Source: Eledone cirrhosa (taxonomy: Eukaryota). From it: a stretch of 64,000 bases of DNA. Position numbers and translations under genes: made by a program. Shown here piece by piece: positions 52,059-64,000 of the stretch. Location of the stretch: assembly GCA_964016885.1 (NCBI GenBank), contig OZ024740.1, positions 193,812,001 through 193,876,000 of the forward strand, in the 5' to 3' direction. Under the pieces are notes generated by a model. The model ran no database searches, was not told the DNA's origin, and saw nothing but the letters and a program-made list of their open reading frames with translations. The first letter of the stretch is position 1. Every line of letters starts with the position of its first letter.

Positions 52059-53179
52059 ATATACACAGACACATATACACACTCACATATATATATGTGT
52101 GTGTGTGCACACACACATATATATACACACACACACACAAATACACATAAACACATACATATGCATACATGCACACACACACACATATATCACATAGATA
52201 CGAAGATAAACATATAAATAGAGAGACATACATATATATACAACACACATACACACACATACATACACACGCATATACATATACATATATATATATACAT
52301 ATATATATTTTCCTATATATACATGCATACATATATATACACATATATACACATACATACACATATACGTACACACATTCACATACACATACATATATAA
52401 TGCATATATACACACATATACATACATATACACACTCATATATACACACGCAATCTTACATTCATATTTGCATGCGCATATATGTATTTTTATATTTAGA
52501 TATAAATACCCAAACCTATATAGAAACCTACCTACATATATATTCATACATAGACGCTTACAAATATAGATGATAATAGTATGGGGGAAAGGGGGGGTTT
52601 GGAGAAGGGGATCAAAGTAAATATATGTTTCAAGAAACATAGAATATTTTCCGTATCTTTATCCAATGTATGTTCTCACATATTTTCAGTGTTAGGAAAT
52701 ACGACAAACAAGAACTAAGGCAAAATCTATGCATCTCAAAATAAATAAGTATACCATTAATCATATGTTAACTAAACCAAAGATAGTCAACATATTGATT
52801 TCTAAGGTGTAAATTAGTTAGGTTTATAATATTTGAAGCAGAATTTTGAAGTTAAATAGTAGTAGATTATTAATTACAGTATAACTAAATTAAAGTTAAT
52901 AACGTTATGGTATCAATATTAGGAAATGAATTTAGTAATAGGGAAAAAAAACCCAAATAAAAATAAAATAAAGTATTACATCGGTAGTAGAATATAAATT
53001 ATATGTTAACTAAATTAAAAATTATATATTTATTTCAATAGTATATGTTAATTAGGTATACAATACATAAAGCAGATATTGTATTTCATCAATAGCATAA
53101 TATAATTATATGCAAATAGAAATCAAAATTAATACGCATACATATACATATACATACACATACATATATACATACATAT

Positions 53180-53224
<45 letters not shown>

Positions 53225-53747
53225 TACATACATACACATACACATACACACACACACATACACATACACATATACATATACATATCTTTTTCAAAAAATT
53301 GCATAGAATATATTAACTAGGTATATATCCAAAACACATCCCATTCTATGATTACATGACATTCTGCAATTCATCTGTATAAGGATACTAATTTTAAGCA
53401 AATTAAAATTAAAATTTTTAGGTTGATTAAAACTAAAACCAAATAATAAATAAATTTCTAAAATGTATATTAATTAGGTCTATAATACTAAAAATTATTT
53501 CACTGTCATTGGATACACGATATTATTTTGTTATATTTTATCTGTAAAAGAGTTATAATAAAAGTTTTAAATAAATTAAAATTAATCTATAAATTAAATT
53601 ACTAAGTATATATTAGTAATATTTAAAGGTTTTTCACAATTTATGATTACATAATATTTTATATTTTCATCTGTAATAAAATATTAATTAAATTAAATTT
53701 ATAGGTTAACTAACATTTAAATTAAATTAATTTCTAAAATAATGTTA

Positions 53748-56189
53748 TTAATTAGGTTTATAATATTTAAATGTTTTTTTTAGTTTATGATTACACGATA
53801 TAATTAATTCCTGTCGTTTATTTAATAAGATATCCCTAGACTTCATTATTTCAAATAGTTCTTGGGAACATAATCTACATTCATTTCTATTATTTTGATA
53901 AGGGGTGGCTCTTTTGAGCACACTCCAGGTCAAATCATATTTTATATTCTTATTTTTATAACTATTGATTTTTTCTGCTAGAGATGTTGTATTAGCCAGT
54001 GCGGCATTTTTAAAACTATGCTTGTGGGTATTAAACCTTGTCTTAAAATTGTTAGAGGTAGCTCCTATATATGAGCAAATAGAATCTTTAGTTTTAACAT
54101 TACATTTATAGACTATGTTGTTAACAAGACAATTCCCTTTTAATGGGCAGTTTGCTTTGTTTCTACAGTTACATCCTTTCGTTAATTCTGTATTTGAGGA
54201 GATATTATGGTTAATTTGATGTACTGGTGGTATACTTATGGTTTTCTTACATTTATATGCATTATATGCACTTATATTTTGTTTTATGTTATTTGTTGTA
54301 GAGTATGAGAATTTAACTGTAGACCTATTTAAGATTTGATGGTATTTGTGGTTTGGCGGGAAGTTTTTCTCAAGGATATAAAAAAATTGTTTAGCAATAT
54401 TATCCTTAACTTGTAAATTAAAAGGAGCATTATACCAAGTAACCCGTCTATTACGGTTTCTATGTTGTTTATTATTTTTATTATTTTTATAGGTTGTATC
54501 GTGATTTTTACTAGGAGGATTAATGTTAATGATCTCACCACAACTATTTTTAGTTATATTTGTAGATTTAGGTGTTTTATCTTTTTTATTAGGAGTTTTA
54601 TTATTAATATTTATTATAGTTGTATGATGAGTAGTTTTTTGAGAGTTACTATACTTTATATTAGAAGATTTAGTATTTTGGGGTATAGTGTGGGTGGCAT
54701 TTAGGTGTGTACTTTTCATTTGGTGTTTGTTGGTAATATTATGTTGTATGCTTTCAGTATTTTTAGTAGAAGGTATATACTCTAATCTATTTTTGTGGCC
54801 ACTTCTATCTAGAGCTTCGTTATAGAAGGTCGCATTTTTATCAAATACATCTTGGTTAGAAGAAAGGTTAGAAATTCTAAGTGATATATTATATGCAAGG
54901 TTTTTAAGGATAGATTTAGGGTGATTAGATTGTGAGTGTATGTAATGTAAGTTTTGGTTAGGTTTATGGTAAGGTTGGTAGATACCCGTAGCTAAATCTA
55001 AAGTTATATCTAGGAAATTTACTACTTTACTTGTTTTTTCAAAAGTAATATTAAGATTATAATAGTCTTTAAGGAAAGTTCTAATATGTTTTTTGTTTTT
55101 TTCGATTTCTGAAAGGCTAAGGTTGTTAGAAAGAAGAAGACAGTCATCACGATATAAACCACCTTTGAGGTGGGGAAAAGAGGCATTTATGTTGAAAAGG
55201 AGAAAGAGGCCCACAAGATCAGTAATTTGGGCGGAATCGCTTGAACCCATAGTAATATCAAAAAGATTACTGTATGTGTTTCTGGTCCAGTATTCATTCT
55301 GAAATTCAATAAGTGTTAGTCTAGCATGTGTAATAATGTTAATGTCATCCAAAGTTAAGTTAGATCTATTTTTAGCAAATATCAATGCTTTGTTCAGGAG
55401 TATAGGTGATATAGAAGAATAGTAATTATCTATATCAAATTGTAGGAAAGAAGCAGAAGATTTACACCTAATATTTTTAAACCAGTTAATTACCTGGGAG
55501 GTGTTTTCCCAGAGTAGTAAAATAACGTGTTTTCTTATTTGTGGGATGACTCTATCTAAAATTTTTTTGCTAATTATTCCAATATCTGATTTGGAGGGAC
55601 ATATAAGTCTAATAGAAGGATTTGAGTTAAAGTTAGATTTGTGATCTTTCAGGTTGAAGTGTGGTCTTTTCAATGCCAAAGGTTCAGTTCTATCTTCAAT
55701 GTTTAGTTTTTTTACTATGTTGTGTGTTTTGTTGTTGATGTTGGTGAGTGACACATTATTAGATTTTTTATAATTTTTTCTGAGTTCTTTATATATGAAC
55801 TCGTTATAATGTTCAATATCCATATGATACAAGTTACCAGTTTTGTCCGAGTGGACATGGATTTTTTTAGACTTTTTTAGGTCCAATAGGGTAGAATCAA
55901 GGTCCTTTTGAAAGACGGATTTATACTTTTTAAATTTGAGGTGTTTAATTAAATTAAAAAGGTCTTTCTCGAAGTCTTCAAGTAAAAAGTTGTGTGGTGG
56001 ATTCTTGTAAGTATTGAAATCATACATATATTTCCGATCTGCTTGTTTAGATTTTCTATCGAAGTGGTAGGCTCTCCATCTAACCCTTCTGATAAAATTA
56101 TTAGTTTTCTGAATCATAAGGAGTAAGAAGTCGTCCTTAGAAGGTATTGGTATGTTTTTTAAGGAGGTTCCTAAATATTGTTTTTCCAT
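53748..56189 (-). CDS. Intact PLE polyprotein: reverse transcriptase plus C-terminal GIY-YIG endonuclease (Naiad-like by motif recall)
   Basis: Uninterrupted ORF (first ATG at 56189; track start TTG at 56210) with SLKNIPIP, RRVRWRA, SDKTGN, LKDHK..RLICPSKSDIG, FDIDNYYSSI, TMGSSD, GGLYRDD, FLDITLDL, YHKP..YIH..SNHP, CNC..CPL..C and NIVYKC..YIGAT..FKTRF..H. Confidence 0.95.
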   Translation of the reverse strand: MEKQYLGTSLKNIPIPSKDDFLLLMIQKTNNFIRRVRWRAYHFDRKSKQADRKYMYDFNTYKNPPHNFLLEDFEKDLFNLIKHLKFKKYKSVFQKDLDSTLLDLKKSKKIHVHSDKTGNLYHMDIEHYNEFIYKELRKNYKKSNNVSLTNINNKTHNIVKKLNIEDRTEPLALKRPHFNLKDHKSNFNSNPSIRLICPSKSDIGIISKKILDRVIPQIRKHVILLLWENTSQVINWFKNIRCKSSASFLQFDIDNYYSSISPILLNKALIFAKNRSNLTLDDINIITHARLTLIEFQNEYWTRNTYSNLFDITMGSSDSAQITDLVGLFLLFNINASFPHLKGGLYRDDCLLLSNNLSLSEIEKNKKHIRTFLKDYYNLNITFEKTSKVVNFLDITLDLATGIYQPYHKPNQNLHYIHSQSNHPKSILKNLAYNISLRISNLSSNQDVFDKNATFYNEALDRSGHKNRLEYIPSTKNTESIQHNITNKHQMKSTHLNATHTIPQNTKSSNIKYSNSQKTTHHTTIININNKTPNKKDKTPKSTNITKNSCGEIININPPSKNHDTTYKNNKNNKQHRNRNRRVTWYNAPFNLQVKDNIAKQFFYILEKNFPPNHKYHQILNRSTVKFSYSTTNNIKQNISAYNAYKCKKTISIPPVHQINHNISSNTELTKGCNCRNKANCPLKGNCLVNNIVYKCNVKTKDSICSYIGATSNNFKTRFNTHKHSFKNAALANTTSLAEKINSYKNKNIKYDLTWSVLKRATPYQNNRNECRLCSQELFEIMKSRDILLNKRQELIISCNHKLKKTFKYYKPN

Positions 56190-56532
56190 TGTGATATGGA
56201 TGATGGACAATTGAAAGAGCTCAACTAAATGTATATGGGTTTACAAAATCATACATATATATATGTTTATACATAAATATAAAATTAATACACACATACA
56301 GTACAAAAATACGAATATTTCCGTGAAAATAGGAGCAAAATTATGTAGATAAATCTACCAAGAGTTTACGGTAGTGTCCAATCCGTATGAAGAACTCAAT
56401 GTATTCCGGATATCATGGAAAGAAGAGATGTAATGAAAAACCACTTTCGGTGAAAGATAAACGGTATACAGAGTCAAGATAAAATATTAAACAAATAATG
56501 AATAAACAATTCCTTATATTAAACAAAAAAAG

Positions 56533-56687
56533 TTCATTATTTAACGATCGTTTCTAGGATATATATGTGTTAGAATTGGTATGCATATTCAACAGATCTA
56601 TGTACAAAATTATACAAAATTATACAAATTATCAAGATTAAATATACATACCAAACACATATATACGCCGTCTTCAGAAATAATGAA
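56533..56687 (-). ncRNA. HHR in the upstream pLTR of PLE-2
   Basis: Same sequence as 50147-50301; lies ~350 nt 5' of the ORF start. Confidence 0.82.
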
Positions 56688-57493
56688 GTATATTTATTGA
56701 TAATAACAACAATTCAAAATTTCAGTTCAAAATTGACCAATGAAAACACAAAGGGTTAAATGCAGTTCGGTGTGTGTATATACATGTAAAACCCTTACAC
56801 ATATTTTACAAAAATGTATGTATAATTTGTATACGCATACTAAAAGGATGGATGCAAATACAAAATTTCAAGGTTAATGTCTCTGTAAGCTTACAATGCG
56901 CAGATAAGATGCGCATTGATACTTATGAAATCAAGTATATAAATATATTTTTTCATACTCACACATATCAGTACAATCACACATACACGCGCGTATATGC
57001 ATAAATATACACATAACCACGAACATACAAACACACACACACCCCCACTCACATTTATATATGTGGATATAAAATCATAAGCACATGGATATTAATTCAC
57101 TCACATAAAACACTGGCACACACATTTCTAGATCAAGATACAGAAATTAGGTGGGAGGGGGGGAGGGGTCAGTATTCAATTGTCTGAGCAGACTGCCTAA
57201 TATAAATGTATCTATAAATTAAGAAAAATAAAAAAATAAAACAATAAAATATAATAAATATAATATAATATACATACACATACAGATATATAGACATACA
57301 TACATGTACACACACATAGAAATATTTACGCATACACACATACACACATACATATACAGTCATACACACACATACACTTACACGAACATACACATACACA
57401 TATATAAAGATATATATATACACACACACACACACACATACACATATATATAAAAAATAAATAATAAAGATATATACCCATATATATATACAT

Positions 57494-57530
<37 letters not shown>

Positions 57531-57609
57531 CATACACATACATCTAAATATACATACACATACATACACACATACATGTACATACATATACATACATATA
57601 CGCACATCG

Positions 57610-57650
<41 letters not shown>

Positions 57651-57926
57651 TAGACATATAGATACATACACACACAACTTACATACACACATATATATAT
57701 ACATGTATATTCATACATAGAATTAGATATATAATCATACATACATATGCACTTACTTATACTCATATATACAAATACATACGCATCCATATATGCGTAT
57801 ATACATAAAAAACCCCTACAACCTCACCTAACTCAGACATACAAATAAAAATAATAATAAAAAGGCATATGTATATACATACACACACGCATTAATAGAG
57901 ATATATATATACACACATACATACAC

Positions 57927-57957
<31 letters not shown>

Positions 57958-58242
57958 TATATATATATATACACACACATACACTCATACATATATATAT
58001 ATATATATATATACACATAGATATCCACACACTCATACCACCATAAATACACATACAAACACCCACATATACATATATATACACACGTATATATATATAT
58101 ATATATATACACACACATAAAAAACAGACATGCACATATATATATATATTTTTTTACACTTATATATACACATATTATATACACATACACAACCTCACTT
58201 ATACACACATACACATAAGTTATATTATAATAATAAAGAATA

Positions 58243-58285
<43 letters not shown>

Positions 58286-58381
58286 CATACATACATACAT
58301 ATACATACATACATATAAACATATACATACATAAATACACACATACGAATAAAGACATATATTCACACATAGACACCTATA

Positions 58382-58442
<61 letters not shown>

Positions 58443-59563
58443 ATATACACAGACACATATACACACTCACATATATATATGTGTGTGTGTGCACACACAC
58501 ATATATATACACACACACACACAAATACACATAAACACATACATATGCATACATGCACACACACACACATATATCACATAGATACGAAGATAAACATATA
58601 AATAGAGAGACATACATATATATACAACACACATACACACACATACATACACACGCATATACATATACATATATATATATACATATATATATTTTCCTAT
58701 ATATACATGCATACATATATATACACATATATACACATACATACACATATACGTACACACATTCACATACACATACATATATAATGCATATATACACACA
58801 TATACATACATATACACACTCATATATACACACGCAATCTTACATTCATATTTGCATGCGCATATATGTATTTTTATATTTAGATATAAATACCCAAACC
58901 TATATAGAAACCTACCTACATATATATTCATACATAGACGCTTACAAATATAGATGATAATAGTATGGGGGAAAGGGGGGGTTTGGAGAAGGGGATCAAA
59001 GTAAATATATGTTTCAAGAAACATAGAATATTTTCCGTATCTTTATCCAATGTATGTTCTCACATATTTTCAGTGTTAGGAAATACGACAAACAAGAACT
59101 AAGGCAAAATCTATGCATCTCAAAATAAATAAGTATACCATTAATCATATGTTAACTAAACCAAAGATAGTCAACATATTGATTTCTAAGGTGTAAATTA
59201 GTTAGGTTTATAATATTTGAAGCAGAATTTTGAAGTTAAATAGTAGTAGATTATTAATTACAGTATAACTAAATTAAAGTTAATAACGTTATGGTATCAA
59301 TATTAGGAAATGAATTTAGTAATAGGGAAAAAAAACCCAAATAAAAATAAAATAAAGTATTACATCGGTAGTAGAATATAAATTATATGTTAACTAAATT
59401 AAAAATTATATATTTATTTCAATAGTATATGTTAATTAGGTATACAATACATAAAGCAGATATTGTATTTCATCAATAGCATAATATAATTATATGCAAA
59501 TAGAAATCAAAATTAATACGCATACATATACATATACATACACATACATATATACATACATAT

Positions 59564-59608
<45 letters not shown>

Positions 59609-60131
59609 TACATACATACACATACACATACACACACACACATACACATACACATATACATATACATATCTTTTTCAAAAAATTGCATAGAATATATTAA
59701 CTAGGTATATATCCAAAACACATCCCATTCTATGATTACATGACATTCTGCAATTCATCTGTATAAGGATACTAATTTTAAGCAAATTAAAATTAAAATT
59801 TTTAGGTTGATTAAAACTAAAACCAAATAATAAATAAATTTCTAAAATGTATATTAATTAGGTCTATAATACTAAAAATTATTTCACTGTCATTGGATAC
59901 ACGATATTATTTTGTTATATTTTATCTGTAAAAGAGTTATAATAAAAGGTTTAAATAAATTAAAATTAATCTATAAATTAAATTACTAAGTATATATTAG
60001 TAATATTTAAAGGTTTTTCACAATTTATGATTACATAATATTTTATATTTTCATCTGTAATAAAATATTAATTAAATTAAATTTATAGGTTAACTAACAT
60101 TTAAATTAAATTAATTTCTAAAATAATGTTA

Positions 60132-60950
60132 TTAATTAGGTTTATAATATTTAAATGTTTTTTTTAGTTTATGATTACACGATATAATTAATTCCTGTCG
60201 TTTATTTAATAAGATATCCCTAGACTTCATTATTTCAAATAGTTCTTGGGAACATAATCTACATTCATTTCTATTATTTTGATAAGGGGTGGCTCTTTTG
60301 AGCACACTCCAGGTCAAATCATATTTTATATTCTTATTTTTATAACTATTGATTTTTTCTGCTAGAGATGTTGTATTAGCCAGTGCGGCATTTTTAAAAC
60401 TATGCTTGTGGGTATTAAACCTTGTCTTAAAATTGTTAGAGGTAGCTCCTATATATGAGCAAATAGAATCTTTAGTTTTAACATTACATTTATAGACTAT
60501 GTTGTTAACAAGACAATTCCCTTTTAATGGGCAGTTTGCTTTGTTTCTACAGTTACATCCTTTCGTTAATTCTGTATTTGAGGAGATATTATGGTTAATT
60601 TGATGTACTGGTGGTATACTTATGGTTTTCTTACATTTATATGCATTATATGCACTTATATTTTGTTTTATGTTATTTGTTGTAGAGTATGAGAATTTAA
60701 CTGTAGACCTATTTAAGATTTGATGGTATTTGTGGTTTGGCGGGAAGTTTTTCTCAAGGATATAAAAAAATTTTTTAGCAATATTATCCTTAACTTGTAA
60801 ATTAAAAGGAGCATTATACCAAGTAACCCGTCTATTACGGTTTCTATGTTGTTTATTATTTTTATTATTTTTATAGGTTGTATCGTGATTTTTACTAGGA
60901 GGATTAATGTTAATGATCTCACCACAACTATTTTTAGTTATATTTGTAGA
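60132..60950 (-). pseudogene. 3' portion (linker plus GIY-YIG) of the PLE-2 ORF in the truncated upstream copy
   Basis: Matches 53748-54568; cut off by (TA)n at ~60951. Confidence 0.9.
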
Positions 60951-60954
60951 TTAT

Positions 60955-61547
<593 letters not shown>

Positions 61548-61589
61548 ATCTTCTATACACAATCATACACACCGGTGTATATTTATCTA

Positions 61590-61707
<118 letters not shown>

Positions 61708-61718
61708 CATATATATAC

Positions 61719-61796
<78 letters not shown>

Positions 61797-61816
61797 ACAT
61801 ATATATATATACACAC

Positions 61817-61939
<123 letters not shown>

Positions 61940-61955
61940 ATATATACATATATAA

Positions 61956-62120
61956 AAACGAGTAGGACCCCTAAATGGATTTAGTCCACAATTAGCCGTC
62001 GAAACGGCTTGAGCTCAGCCGTCGGGGTCCTACTCGTTCCTATTACCCACTCTACTACCCTAAGTATTGAGTATTTTGCTGCGTTATGGTCCACCTGGTT
62101 CCTTACCACATTTCCTCCGT

Positions 62121-62125
<5 letters not shown>
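61956..62125 (+). mobile_element. pLTR-like fragment with HHR 3' half and a short inverted 5' arm
   Basis: AACGAGTAGGACCCC ... TAGCCGTC-GAAAC-GGCTTGAGCTCAGCC-GTC-GGGGTCCTACTCGTT; tail shared with 11870-11955. Confidence 0.65.
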
Positions 62126-62171
<46 letters not shown>

Positions 62172-62175
62172 ATAC

Positions 62176-62213
<38 letters not shown>

Positions 62214-62214
<1 letters not shown>

Positions 62215-62628
62215 ATATAAGATCAAAAGATGGTTAAAGGAGTTCCATATATTTTATTATGCGCATTTCAAAAACAAACATCATCAAGCAATAGTATTTG
62301 TGTTTTCATCAGATAAAACAGGAGAACATGATATGAAGGCTAAAAAACACTTGTTGATAGTGCAGTTTTAAATCAACATGTTGATTTAAAACTGCACTAT
62401 CAACAAGTATTTTTTAGCCTTCATATCATGTTCTCCTGTTTTATCTGATGAAAACACAAATATTATTGCTTGATGATGTTTGTTTTTGAAATGCGCATAA
62501 TAAAATATATTGAACTCCTTTAACCATCTTTTGATCTTATATTATGCATACTCCAGTCCCACAAACTATAGAGTGCTTCTTATCCGATATCTGCATTGCT
62601 TTATTGTACTACAATAAAACTCACCTCC

Positions 62629-62632
<4 letters not shown>
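62214..62632. mobile_element. Spacer-less fold-back element with an HHR in each arm and a 3' tail
   Basis: Centre TTTAAATCAACATGTTGATTTAAA. HHRs at plus 62439-62505 (TTTTAT-CTGATGA..GAAA-TGCGCA-TA-ATAAAA) and minus 62252-62318. Unpaired tail 62546-62632. Confidence 0.9.
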
Positions 62633-62703
<71 letters not shown>

Positions 62704-63204
62704 GTATATATATATATATATAAATTACCGAGAATCGGATTTCGGCTAGTGGAAATTAGCGAAAAACAACCTCCGAATTGTGTGGCAAGCGTTCAATATA
62801 TACGAGTGAACTAGAGCAATAAACATAAGTTAAAAGGCCATACACACTGAGACGATGGTTAAACCATTAAACGCAAAGCCGAAAAAGCGAGCAAGCTATT
62901 CGAGTCAAACAAATAATAATATATGATTGAAAAATATGAATGAAAAGGGAGTACCGTTCTAGACAAAACGGAGGTTATATTCGTCAAAGTGACATTATTG
63001 AAAAATTCAAAGGAACACTTTTTTTTAAAAAGGAGTTTTATAATGTATATATTAATGTTTCCGGTTTCCATGTATTGGATTAATCCATCTTATCACATGT
63101 TGAATATTGCAATTAAAAAGAATTAAAAAGAATTAATAATTAAGTGGTGTAGAATGTCTGTTCATCTTTCTGGTTGAGAAGAAGACTGTGCTAAAATCGA
63201 ACCT

Positions 63205-64000
<796 letters not shown>

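Larger units (their letters stand above)
50097..60952 (-). mobile_element. Penelope-like element PLE-2 as a partial tandem (5'-truncated copy plus full copy)
   Basis: 50097-54570 is repeated at ~56483-60952 (offset 6384-6386) and is nearly identical; both ends lie in (TA)n. Confidence 0.95.

Noticed and set aside
63052-63102. Minus-strand ATGT-GATAAGA-hairpin-GAAA-CCGG-AA-ACAT
   Set aside because: The core and U16.1 both deviate; it cannot be called an HHR.

Overview
This is AT-rich, (TA)n-saturated eukaryotic repeat DNA with no host gene I can support. The SINE sequences and microsatellite landscape resemble an octopod cephalopod genome (inference). The identifiable elements are: an intact Penelope-like retroelement (PLE; RT plus GIY-YIG, 53748-56189, minus strand) in a near-identical 4.5-kb partial tandem; a second, decayed PLE; a decayed Helitron followed by head-to-tail deletion derivatives; RTE and R4/Dong LINE relics; a non-coding LTR element with a tRNA-Trp-like PBS; and several tRNA-derived SINEs. 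The main hidden signal is RNA-level. At least six unrelated sequence families carry minimal type-I hammerhead ribozyme (HHR) folds with palindromic loop 3, and most sit in fold-back (inverted-repeat) insertions inside (TA)n tracts. In every such palindrome the ribozymes point outward from the centre. The set includes a retrozyme-like 524-bp HHR tandem array folded into a 2.8-kb palindrome, HHRs with very long stem II, and non-canonical cores. All folds were read by eye; activity is untested.
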